Source: Phoronis australis
Lineage: Eukaryota; Animalia; Phoronida
Reading direction: 5' to 3'
Assembly (NCBI GenBank): GCA_002633005.1
Contig: NMRA01000021.1
Coordinates: 1,552,896-1,616,895 of the forward strand
DNA: 64,000 nt
Part shown: positions 26,201 to 37,213 of the stretch, one piece after another
Layout: every line of letters begins with the position of its first letter
Numbering within the stretch: the first letter of the stretch is position 1
Position numbers and translations under genes: made by a program
The notes under the pieces: generated by a model
The model's input: only the letters and a program-made list of their open reading frames with translations
Told to the model about the DNA's origin: nothing
Databases searched by the model: none

Positions 26201-26471
26201 ATTCATGTCAGCGCCAGCGAAGCGGAACAAGTATTTCAAACTCTTCCAGTTACTCAGAGATACGTGCGTCAAGTCTAACATCACGCTTGTTGCAAGGCAC
26301 GTGAGCAGAATTGAAAATGTTGCAGCAGACTCTTTAAGCAGATTCGACGTGGAGGCGTTCCGTGCAATGTACCCTAATTCTATGAATAAGGCAACAAAGA
26401 CTAAGAAGCTGCTGTTCTTGTCACGGTTAATTCCAAAATCACCAAATGATGACACTGGTAAAGATTTATAA
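19474..26471 (+). CDS. Novel chimeric protein: putative mitochondrial presequence + 2 DHX30-N-type dsRNA-binding domains + DIRS/Ngaro-type RNase H (about 435 aa, 6 exons)
   Basis: GT-AG exons with matching phases: 19474-19624, 21899-22041, 22327-22434, 23682-23811, 25453-25583, 25827-26471 (1308 nt, open frame). Product: MIGTVRCSFHQNFVKRLTFVRFLCDVTKLRRGRQMPAG...EYLRKKFPQPQQLVDEVL...WKVSLHSKWPVKFKVAGKSSRVELAEENAYLLACAMLSDLGLVDSNGQPL...WKTVIDCTWPCDIQEVAYGKTQEESERNATMHICVKLKSLKILDKRNRI...YVDASVKGFGG...FLEFYSI...WCDNQTAV...NVAADSLSRF. AATAAA at 26473-26478. Exon 1 is the least certain; exons 2-6 are well supported. Confidence 0.8.
20166..20335. mobile_element. Small MITE / hairpin with 41-bp inverted arms
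   Basis: 20166-20206 is the reverse complement of 20295-20335 with one mismatch. The left arm is also present at ~18472-18512, where the element is cut by the LINE fragment. Confidence 0.7.
22714..23196. mobile_element. Inverted-repeat element, possibly a Penelope-like remnant with inverted pseudo-LTRs, in intron 3 of the chimeric gene
   Basis: ~130-bp imperfect inverted arms (ggtgggcagctatgtagcaaaacaacgagagacataa vs ttatgtctctcggtgttttgctacatagctgcacacc). Hammerhead-like motif on the minus strand at ~22845-22887. Confidence 0.55.
24450..24947. mobile_element. hAT-like MITE with 13-bp TIRs and 6-bp TSD (ATGAAA)
   Basis: atgaaa[caaggcttggaat...attccaagccctg]atgaaa. The empty site is seen in the paralogous unit at ~47678-47695. 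Confidence 0.85.
25827..26471 (+). CDS. Terminal exon of the chimeric gene encoding a DIRS1/Ngaro-like RNase HI domain
   Basis: Strong acceptor ctcttctctctgttacag. Motifs DAS-GFGG, W..., LE..., CDN..AV and H...N.AAD.LSR with D-E-D-D intact. The C-terminal LSRF...FR...P is typical of Ngaro-type RNase H. Confidence 0.85.
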   Translation, partial: SLKILDKRNRICNPVVMRLSNLTLESDIDNIQCDYEFYVDASVKGFGGYLLTMKTELHENPILWIKEPWPDNVLHSYTRPFIPTTFLEFYSIVATVYTWKRKFMNKNVLCWCDNQTAVDIVNKGLFMSAPAKRNKYFKLFQLLRDTCVKSNITLVARHVSRIENVAADSLSRFDVEAFRAMYPNSMNKATKTKKLLFLSRLIPKSPNDDTGKDL

Positions 26472-28460
26472 CAATAAAGTACTAAACTAAGATTTTGTTG
26501 TAGAATGTCGTTCCTGTTACATTTTGAGTAGCACCAATTCAGTTGAATGACTTACCAAGCACTTTGTAGACAATCATGTTTTTCCGAGATGATTTTAGAG
26601 TTATAAACCGTGCAATGACTCACAATGCTCATAAAATAAAAATCGAAACATTTCTTTTTAAAAATACACTTGTCTGTATTGTCTCACTTCTTTTTCAGTG
26701 TTCTCAAATCTCACTGGTCGTATTACAATTGAATCCGACTTTCAGTGGTTATTTGCTTAAATATTTCATTTCCGTTTTTCCTCATCTCATGTTTGTCTCG
26801 TCATTCAAACTGTGCACCTAAGTTTGAATGAGGCCATTTGGTATTCAGAAACACCCTCACCCAATGCACAGGTTTCCCACGAGTCATTGACATTGTTAAA
26901 CTGAGTTGTGATTCGTTGATTGGTAGCCAATCCTATTCTGGTATTTTTCATATTTTGGAATTTTCTCTGTATTGTACCTGTAACTATCCTGTCATCCATT
27001 CCTTGAATAAAGCTGGACAATGGTGGATGCTTTGCTGTCAAAACATGTCGCTATATTTTACACCCAGTAGATGTCTTTATTTAAACTTTACTTGTGTTTG
27101 TCAGCCTGAGTGCGAGATCATTCACCTACACTGTATTAAATGGTTTGAAATGCTGCACAGGTTCCAGTATGGCACATCTGCCTAACTTCGATATCGTGTT
27201 TCCTTTAAACTTCCCCGAAATATGATCACATCTCACACACAAAGCTTCAAACTACAAATGATAATTCAGACTGGTATCCTTTCAATTGGAGGTTGTATTA
27301 TACTTTCTAGTCTTTCAGGGAGTTGTTATTCGTCAATAAATTGCTACCTAGACCAACTACAGTGACAGTTCACGTCCTCACTGCCTTGAAACGCAATTAA
27401 AATCCTACAAAGCTGAAATGTACATGGCCAATTAGGGAGGATGTTACTTTGCATCGACAACTTCAGTTCGATGTACTACATTGCTTCCATAGCTCCAAAA
27501 TGACCTGCAGATTAAATCTACGATAAATGCATGGTCTCGAGTAATAACGAACTGTCATTTTTTTGTTAGGGCGAAACTTCAGACTTCGACTCCAACTTCG
27601 GATTAAGTTGAAAAAAGATAAAATTTAGTGGATAACATCAAATGTTATTTTGTAATTTGACAGTGTATTTATTGTGCTAAGCCAGCATCTAGAATTGTGA
27701 ACGGACAAATTTCAAAGATTTACTCAAATGTTGCTCATACAATTGAGGTCGTGTATATAAAAACACAGCTTCTTGAGTTGCAATTCCGCAGTAGTTTTCA
27801 AGGTAAAATGGGCCACTTTGGAAATCGCACTTCGCACTTTCTCGAAGCTGCGACAACTTGCCTCCAGTGTCGATTAGTTTCATATAGGGGCAAGGCAAAG
27901 AGGTAACGTAACATTGGATCCTAATCTTCGACTAAAATGCTTTTTAATCACAACAAAGTTTTAATTAAACTTACTCTGACAAGACGTTAGTCCAAGTACT
28001 GTGGCAGGGTCTAATGGAGTTCTGTCGAAGTCCAGTTTAGTTTGAAAACTACTGTACGTACGAATAGGTACAAAAGCGCGAATGTGGTTACCAAATATTG
28101 GTGTAGATTGTGGCTATCAAATGTTACCTCTGTGTTAATTATAAACATAAATAACGACACAATAATGTTTATGTTATGTTGCATTTCAATATTTCTATAT
28201 TATACAAGGAAGCAGTCCTGCGCATGTAAGACTTGCCATCATGTTTATTACTTTGTAAAAGCGTAGATCATGCATAGCACAGGCACAGGAGTTTCAAGAT
28301 GACTCGTAACCATAAGAAACACATTATTTTATTATAGTGAATTTTGTGATTGATGATCGAGGAGCAGATAAACTCAAGGTTCTGAAACAGCATGAAACAG
28401 AAAGACAATAGGATAGAGTAAAATACATATTAGTTTGTGTGTAAAGATAACATTAGTTAA

Positions 28461-31400
28461 AACTAGAAAGAGTACTGTCAATGCGTGACAACTATGGACT
28501 CTGCGCGTGTGTATTAAACGAATTGTTATTGGAAGCTACTGAAAGCAACCCGTTAACACATTTGAAAAGGAATTCTTTAAAGTTGTAGGAAAAATAACAT
28601 GCAAATATTTTGATGACCTTTCCACTAATTGACCTCTTTCGGTGCATTATGAGCCTGGATGAGGGAATAATTGTAAATTCCATTAAAAGTGAGGTTAATG
28701 CTAAGAATCACAGATGTTTTACTTTAAGCACTTTATAATACAACATGAATGAATTGGTCAAACTTTCAGAAGAAAAATGCACCTAATGACCCCATGGGGG
28801 CACCAAATGACCTGATACAAAAACTCAATCACATTTACTAACCAGATATGTAATTCTGAGTCTCTAGCTCAAAATTTTAGTTTGCACTCAATGACCTTTG
28901 ACCTATTTTCTCTGATTGAATGACTCTATTGCTTAGTAAAGTAGGGTATTTCATTGGCATGTAGGTTTACACCAATGTGAAGGAATTGAAAAGAATTCCT
29001 TGAAAAATGTAGAAGAAATAAAATTTTCAAAAGTAGATGACCTTTGCACTAATTCACCCTATCCAGTGCATTACAAGCCCTTTTAGTAGAACTATTGCAA
29101 AGTCCGTGAAAAGTATATTTAATGTTGAAAATCACAGTTGTCTAACGGTTGGCACATCAGACTACTTGGTGAATGAAAAGGACAAATTTTCAGAAGCAAA
29201 ATGTACCTAATGACCCCATGGTTGTACTAAATAACCTAAAACATCGTATTTCAAATTGAATTAGATGTAACAATCAGACTTGTGAATTTGAAGTGTCTCG
29301 CTCAAAATTTTAGTTTGCACTCAATGACCTTTGACCTATTTTTCAGATTGGTTAGGCCTATTGCGTGGTAAAGTAGGGTGTTCATTGGCATGTTGAATTA
29401 CTTAAGTATCCTGAAATTGAAAATAATTCCTTGAAAAACGTGAGATATAACACTTTGAATGTTAGATGACCTTTGCACTGATTGACCCTATCAGAATACT
29501 TGGTGAATGAAACGGTCAAATTTTAAGAAGAAAGATGCACCTAATGACCCCATGTTTGCACTAAATGACTTGAAACTTTGGATTCCAAATTGAATAACCT
29601 GTGCCAATCAGACCTGTGAATTTGAAGTGTCTAGCTCAAAATTTTAGTTTGCACCTATTGACCTTTGACCTGTTTAACCTGATTGGATGACCCAAATACA
29701 AAGTAATTTTTTAAATTGCCTTATTGACTTATACCTGTGTACCGAATTTGAAAAGAGTAGCTTTTAAAATAAAGAAGGAGTAGCATTTTGAAAATTACAT
29801 GACCTTTGCACAAAATTACCTCTTCCGGTGCATTATGGAATATGATTATATAACGAATCGAAATTCGTGTACTGTCAAAACTCATATGCTGTATTTCAAG
29901 ACTGTACCTACACCCAATTTGGAGTTATTGGGCCTCAAAGTTGGTCGGAAGAAGAATAAGAAGAATAAGAACTAGAAAGATTATTGTCACGGCGTGACAA
30001 TAACGGACTCTGCGCGTGCGTATTACTGGAATTATTATGGGAAGTTACTGACAGCAACCCGTTTACAAATACGAAAAGGAGTTCTTTAAAATTGTAGGAG
30101 AAATTACATTTTAATTTTTTGATGACCTTTCAACTAATTGACCTCTTCCGGTGCATTATGAGACCCGACGAGGGAGTAATTGTTAACTCGATTAAAAATG
30201 TGGTTAATGCTAAAAATCACTGACGTTTTACTTTAAGCACTTCAGAATACAAGACGAATGAATTGGTCAAACTTTCAGAAGAAAAATGCACCTAATGACC
30301 TCATGGGTGCACAAAATGAACTGAAAATTTAGAATTCAAACTCAACCGCATTTACTAAACAGATTCGTAATTTTGAAGTCTCTAGCTCAAAATTTTAGTT
30401 TGCACTCAATGACCTTTTACCTATTTCTTCTGATTGGTTAGGCCTATTTTGAAGAAAAGTAGGGTATTCAATTGGCATGTTGACTTACACCAGTGTGCTG
30501 AAATTGAAAAGAATTCCTTGAAAAACGTAAGAGATATAACATTTTGAACGTTACATGACCTTTGCACTAATTGACCCTATCCGGTGCATTGTAAGCGTCC
30601 TTAAGAGAATTATTGCAAAGCCAATAAAAGTGTGTTTAATGCTGAGAATCAAAGTTGTCTAACGGTTGACACATCAGAATACTTGCTGATTGAAAAGGTC
30701 AAATTTTCAGAAGAAAAATGCACCTAATGACCCCATGTTTGCACTAAATGACCTGAAACTTTGGATTCCGAATTGAATTAGCTGTGCCAATCAGACCTGT
30801 GAATTTGAAGTGTTTAGCTCAAAATTTTAGTTTGCATCTCATGACCTTTGACTTATTTAACCTGATTGGTTGACCCGATTACTTAGAAAAGTAATTTTTT
30901 AAATTGCCTTCTTGACTTATACATGTGCACCGAATTTCAAAATGATATCTTTTTAACTGAAGAAGTATCAATTTGAAAATTATATGACCTTTGCACCAAA
31001 CGACCTCTTCCGGTGCAATATGGAACATGATCATATAACGAATCAAAATTTATGTACTGTCAAATAATCACATGCAGAATTTAAAGAATATACCTGCACC
31101 CATTTTGGAGTTATTAAGCCCCGAAGTTGGTCAGAAGAAGAATAAGAATAAGAACTAGAAAGATTATTGTCATGGCGTGACAATAATGGACTGTGCGCGT
31201 GCATATTTCTGGAATTGTTTTGGGAAGTTACTGACAGCAACCCGTTTACCAATATGAAAAGGAATTCTTTAATATTGTAGAAGAAATTACATGATAATAT
31301 TTTGATGACCTTTCCACTAATTGACCTCTTCCGGTGCATTACGAACCCCGATGAGGAAATAATTGTAAACTCGACTTAAAGTGTGGTTAATGCTAAGAAT

Positions 31401-33912
31401 CACAGATGTTTTACTTTAAGCGCTTCAGACTAGAAAATGAATGAAATGGTCTTTCAGAAGAAAAATGCACCTAATGACCCCATGGGTGCACCAAATGACT
31501 TGAAAATTTAGAATTCCAACTCAATCGCATTTAGTAAACAGATATGTAATTTTGAAGTCTCTTGATCAAAATTTTAGTTTGCACTCAATGACCTTTGACT
31601 TATTTTTTCTGATTGGGTAGGCCTATTGCGTATTAAAGTAGGGTGTTCAATTGCCTTGTTGACTTACCCCAGTGTGCTGAAATTGAAAAGAATTTTTTGA
31701 AAAACGCGAGATATAACATTTTGAACGTTAGATGACCTTTGCACTAATTGACCCTATCCGGTGCATTATAAGCGTCTTTAGGAGAATTATTGCAAAGCCC
31801 ATGAAAAATGTGTTTAATGCTGAGAGTCAGAGTTGTCGAACAGTTGACACATCAGAATACTTGGTGAATAAAAAGGTCAAATTTTCAGAAGAAAAATGCA
31901 CCTAATGACCCCATGTTTGCACTAAATGACCTGAAACGTTCCATTCCCAATTGAATTACCTGTGCCAATCAGACCTATCAATTTGAAGTGTCTAGCTCAA
32001 AGTCTTAGTTTGCACCTAATGACCTTTGACCTGTTTAACCGGATTGGATGACCTGATTACTTAGAAAAGTAATTTTTTAAATTGCCTTATTGACTTATAC
32101 CTGTGTACCGAATTTGAAAAGAATAGCTTTTAAAATAAATAAGGATTAGCCTTTTGAAAATTGTATGACCTTTGCACCAAATGACCGGTGCAATATGGAA
32201 TATGATTATATAACGAATCAAAATTTATGTACTGTCAAAAATGATATGCTGATTTTAAAAAACGTAGCTGCACCCAATTTGGAGTTATTAAGCCTCAAAG
32301 TTGGTCGGAAGAAGAATAAGAAGAATAAGAACTAGAACGCAATTGCGTATGCGAACTTACAACTCTGCGTGGGGTGTATGCATGTGCATAGTGATGTATA
32401 GGTGCATTTTATTGCATAGAAGTTGCATCCTTTGTGTGAAAGAGAGAGATGTCCCTGGTAACTACGAAAGAGCAAGAGTGAAGAGTAAGAATATCAACGG
32501 AAAACTGCACCTAATGACCACACAGTTGCACCTAATGACCTCAAAGTTTGTGACTGAATTTTCTTGATCAAATGAAAACTATGTACGTGATTATGTGAGG
32601 TTTAGCTCAAAAATCACTTTTGTACTTAATGACCTTTGACCCGGAAACTCGTTCCCTTGATCCAATTTCAATGCACGTAAATTTCGGATGGAGATCTGGG
32701 CCTGGTCTCCAATCTTTTTACTCGAAATCGAACTCGAAATTAGGTTTGGCATTTGCTACTATACTTTTGGGCGAACTCAAGATAAGTGTCTATTATTCTA
32801 TGCTCGAGTACACATTAACTTACGTAGGTAATTTATTGCCCTTAGTTCACAGTTTGTAAACCCAATATTAAAGCAATAAGTTCGAGTTTGAACTCAAAAT
32901 TTCGAGTTTTTACTCGAGTTTGTACATGTAGCACGAATATAAGGGTCTTCAAGGGCAAACTTGAACTAGAAACTCCTATGCATAAACTATAATGTATTCG
33001 AGCACAGTCTGATAACCAATTATCTTAAGTTCGCACAAAAGGAGCAGAGAAATTGCCAAAAATAGTTTCGAGTTCGTTTCGAGTACAAAGATTAGAGACC
33101 GGGCCCTGTAGTGCCTGCTTGTTAACAAAATTCGGAGAGTCTATCTAAAAACCTGTAGGAGAAGCAATTTGATGGAATGCACCCCTTGGCTCATTTTGGG
33201 TCAATCCGGTGCATTTTGAGTCACATCCATGTGATCAATAAAATTTGATCGGCAATTGTTTTAACCACCACGAATATAAATGCCCCCCTAATGCATCATT
33301 TAAGTAGAAGCTGATTGAATATGTGTTAAATTTAACAGAAAACTGCACTTAATGACCCCAAATTTGCACCTAGTGAACCCAAAGTTTGTAACTGAACTTC
33401 CTTTATGAATGTTAACCATATGCATGATTATGAAAGGTCTAGCTCAAAAATCACTTTAATTTGCACTTAATGACCTTTGACCCGGAAACTGGTTCCCTTG
33501 ATCCGATCGGAAATCCAAGTAAATTTCGGATGCAGATCTCTAGTGCCTACTTGTTAACAAAATTCGAAGAGTCTATCTAAAAAACTGTAGAGAAGCATTT
33601 TGACAAAATGCACTTCTTGACCCGTTTCAGGTCATTCTAGTGCATTTTAGGTCAAAAAATATAATCAATATAAATCCCTTAACTATCGTATCAATCACAG
33701 TGAATATTATTGTTCAAAATGAATGAATGTTGGTGTAATAACAATATGAAAAGGAAGGAAGAAGAAGAATAAGAATAAGAAGATAAAATACGTAGAACAG
33801 TAAAACTCTGCGCTTCAACGCGCAGAGTATTAAGAAAAAAATTGAAGAAAACCTAGGAACAACAGTACTCTGCGCTTGGACACGCAGAGTAATAAGAATA
33901 AAATTGAAGAGT
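28461..33912. mobile_element. Stack of four Helentron-associated non-autonomous elements (HINE/DINE-like) with internal repeats
   Basis: Units start with aactagaa at 28461, 29970, 31153 and 32330. Each has a subterminal actctgcgc-like motif, internal tgacctttgacc repeats and a terminal GAAGAATAA microsatellite. Hairpins actctgcgc-ttcaac-gcgcagagt (33805-33828) and tactctgcg...cgcagagta (33866-33891). The empty site ttaaaactaagagtgcagcg is at ~51208. Confidence 0.75.
32699..33105. mobile_element. PIF/Harbinger-type MITE nested in the fourth HINE unit
   Basis: ctg[ggcctggtctccaatc...gattagagaccgggcc]ctg: long (~120 bp) imperfect TIRs and a 3-bp CWG TSD. Confidence 0.8.
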
Positions 33913-34544
33913 AACTAACAGTGCAGCGTGAAATCGAATTAAGTGGGCCTGAAACAAATACTGCGCATGTCATTTTTTAGGCAATATAGATATCAGTCCC
34001 CAAATCAAAAGCCAGTTTATTCTGTGTATAGTTGTGTACAGTTGTGTCCCTCGGAAGCACAAGGTTAATTTACTGTCCGTTATCACCTCCTAAAACATTT
34101 AGCTGTCAATGTTGAATTCCTAACCAATGCGTTCCGAGGTTTGAAGGCATTACAAGGTAAATTCTTATACCATCAGTGGAGTCACAGGCAATGCAGACAT
34201 GCGCTATATTTGAATTCACAATTTTAGAGTAAGCCAAGGAAAATAAAATTTGATAACTTTTTTGGGGTCGCTAATTGTTTCCATGTTCCTTTTGATAATG
34301 GAAATAAAGTCATTGTTAGGGTAAGGAAATTATGAAAAATTTCAGGAGAGTGATCTGCGTAAATCCCAGGTACATCATTTGCATAGATAAACTATTCTTA
34401 CAGCCAGTCATGAAATCCTGCGATTCATAGTTTTTGCCGAATGTGGACATATTTAAGGTAGCACATTTCTACGACTTGAGGCTACTTTAGACACGTGTAA
34501 TTTTTGTTGATCAAAGTTAAACTTGAATTCTCAATGTACACGGT

Positions 34545-35362
34545 TCACTTTACTAATGTTACAGTCAAAGCCAGAAATAAGCAATAGTCCACCATCACGT
34601 TCTACCACAATAATCTGGCTATCATGACATGTGATACCACCCCAACCACCTTCATCATCTGACCCTTGCTGTTGTACCTCACCACACCACAAATATCATA
34701 AGTAACAAATATATCACCCTTTTCAGTACAAGTTACACCAAAAGGGTACTTCAGGTTATGTTGACCATGATCCACCTCAAACAACCACTAGATCTGTCAA
34801 ACACTTTAATTTGATGACTATTGTAACTTGTAGTAATCAACCAGACATCATTCACTGCCAGGCCATAAAACGGAGTGCTTCCCACATTGTAGTTGTGCAC
34901 CAGTGTCACTTCCTGTCTTATATCAGGCTGACGACATCTCTCTGACACCAATGATGCTACAAGCTTTTTCTCATGCTCTGTCAACGTCTTACTTCTCAAA
35001 TCAGGAATTTCCAAAGTGGACGGATCCTGTCTGAACACTGGTTTGATGATATCTTTTTCCAGCTTCTGAATGTCCAGGATCTCAAGTCGCGCTTTAATGT
35101 CCTGAAATTGTTGCAGTTTTTCAACATCCTGGGCTGAGTCGAGGGTTTTGACAATATTTCAAAATACTACTTACGTTCACTTTTCTCAAATCAGCTTTAT
35201 TGTACGCCATCTCAACTTGTTTGCGGGCTTTTGCAATCTCCACTTTCAGTTCCTTAATCGACTGATTCATCTTTGTTTTAATTTCAACCAAAATGTATTC
35301 TTTAAATGTGTTGTACACTTGGTGTATTTCGTTCATCAGCCGTTCTTCTTCTTCAACAAGTC
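34545..35362 (-). pseudogene. TRIM-NHL pseudogene fragment (coiled coil and first NHL blades)
   Basis: Frameshifted ORFs LVEEEERLMNEIHQVY..., FRQDPSTLEIPDLR...IKVFDRSSG and FEVDHGQHNLKYPFGVTCT. RING/B-box and C-terminal NHL are deleted. Closest to the 51970-53898 copy. Confidence 0.9.
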
Positions 35363-35575
35363 GTGTAAGATACTGACTACAGGGGTCATCCTTTTTTTGT
35401 TCTGTACAATCGAACAAGTTGGGCTCAACCGGAAAATGCCGAAATGGGGTGCCTGAAAACCCACTGCTAGCTTTTTATCGAGTTCCCTTCCCCAATAGTT
35501 TTCATCAAAGTAAACTGTACAACATTGGAACTAGGTAAAGCTTCGACGCCCAAAACCGTGAGTAAGTATCCATTC

Positions 35576-35670
35576 CAGGGGCGGATTTAGGTGCGAATGT
35601 CTGACTGGCAAAATCCTGCCTAATATGCTGCCCTGGCACCCCCTAACTCAAAATCCTGGATCAACCCCTG
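35576..35670. mobile_element. Short hAT-like MITE; related end at ~45579-45630
   Basis: caggggcggatttagg ... cctggatcaacccctg inverted termini. Confidence 0.55.
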
Positions 35671-37213
35671 CGTTCTTTTCCATAAAAATATATATCTATC
35701 GTCAACAAAATCTAGGCAGGCCATGGTGTTGCACCTCGCGCCGTCTCAAAATTGCGACAACTTGCCTGCAGTGTCAGTTAGTCTCTAAAATATACATATA
35801 GCGGCAAATCAAAGTAATTTCACATTGCACTGTAAAGTTCGATTAAAAGACAATTTAATAGCTACAAATTTTTATTTAACTAATACTCCGGCACTGAGAA
35901 GCTCGTCCAAGTGAGACCGGGTCTAATGGAGTTCTGTCAAAGTCTCGTTTGTTTTGAAAACTGTTGTACATACGAATGGGTACCAATGAGCGTATGTGAT
36001 CCAAACATTGGTGTAAAGTGAGGCACCGATAAAAATGTTACCTTTAGGTCAATTATAAACGTAAAGAACGACTTAATATTATTTGTGTTGTATTTCTAAC
36101 ATATACAAGAAATCAGTCCTGCACATAATGAATGCCCATCATGTTTATTACTAAGTAAAAGCATTGATCGTGCATATAGAACAGGCAGACAAATTTGCTA
36201 ATGACTCATAACCTTATAACAAACACATGCTTTATTACAGTTAGTTGTGTCAGTGGTGATCAAGGAGCAAATAATCTGAAGGTCCTGTGGTGAATAGCGC
36301 GGAACAGAAAGATAGTTAATAGGATACAGTAAAATACATATTAGTTACAAATGTGCAAAGACAACATTAGTTGAAACTAACAATGCAGCGTAAAATCGAA
36401 TTAACTGGACCAGAAACAAATACTGTACATGCCATTGCCGTTATCGATCGGTATATCAAAAGTCAGTACTGAGCAGAGTGTCTATTCTGTCACACTATAT
36501 ATAGTTCTGGGCAGCTGAGAACGTCGGAAGCGCAACATTAATGACACTCTACTCTTCGTCGTTACCTCCAAGTGAGGCATTTTAACGATGCTAATCTGTC
36601 ATGGTTGAACTCTCAACCAAAGCATTTTGGGGTCTGAAAGCATTTGAAGATGAATTGTTGAACCATCGACTAGTCACAGGCAATGCAGGCATGGGCCATA
36701 TTGCAATTCGCAATTTTAGAGTAAGTCAAGGACAATAAAATTTGATAACTTTTCTTGGGTGACTAATTGTTTCCATGTTTCTTTTGATATTGGAAATAAA
36801 GTCATTGTCAGGGTAAAGAAATTATGAGAAAATTTTTAGGTGAGTGAAAGGTCTAATTTGAATATTAATTTTAGCTAGCTTTAGTAGGCCCCTGTTAGTA
36901 AATCACAGGAACGCTTTTTGCATACATAAACAACGCTTATAGCCATTCATGAAATCACGGGTTTCTTAGTTTTTGCCGACGCTGGGAATTTTTTTAAGGT
37001 TGCAGTCTCCCAAGACGTGAAGCTACTTTAGACGAAGTATATGTTACAGGCACCGCCGGAATGTTCCGTGCAGTTCAAACGACAATAGCACTATTCTATA
37101 GTACAATATATGTCTTCAGAACAATAACCGTTATATAGCTTCGAGTCATAATATAGTTCTGACACAACACAGACCCACAAAGCAAAGTTCAAATGCGTCA
37201 ATCAATGGTCAGT

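Noticed and set aside
25869-26471. Stand-alone DIRS retrotransposon remnant
   Set aside because: No RT, recombinase or terminal repeats nearby; the frame is intact, with a strong acceptor in phase with upstream host-like exons.
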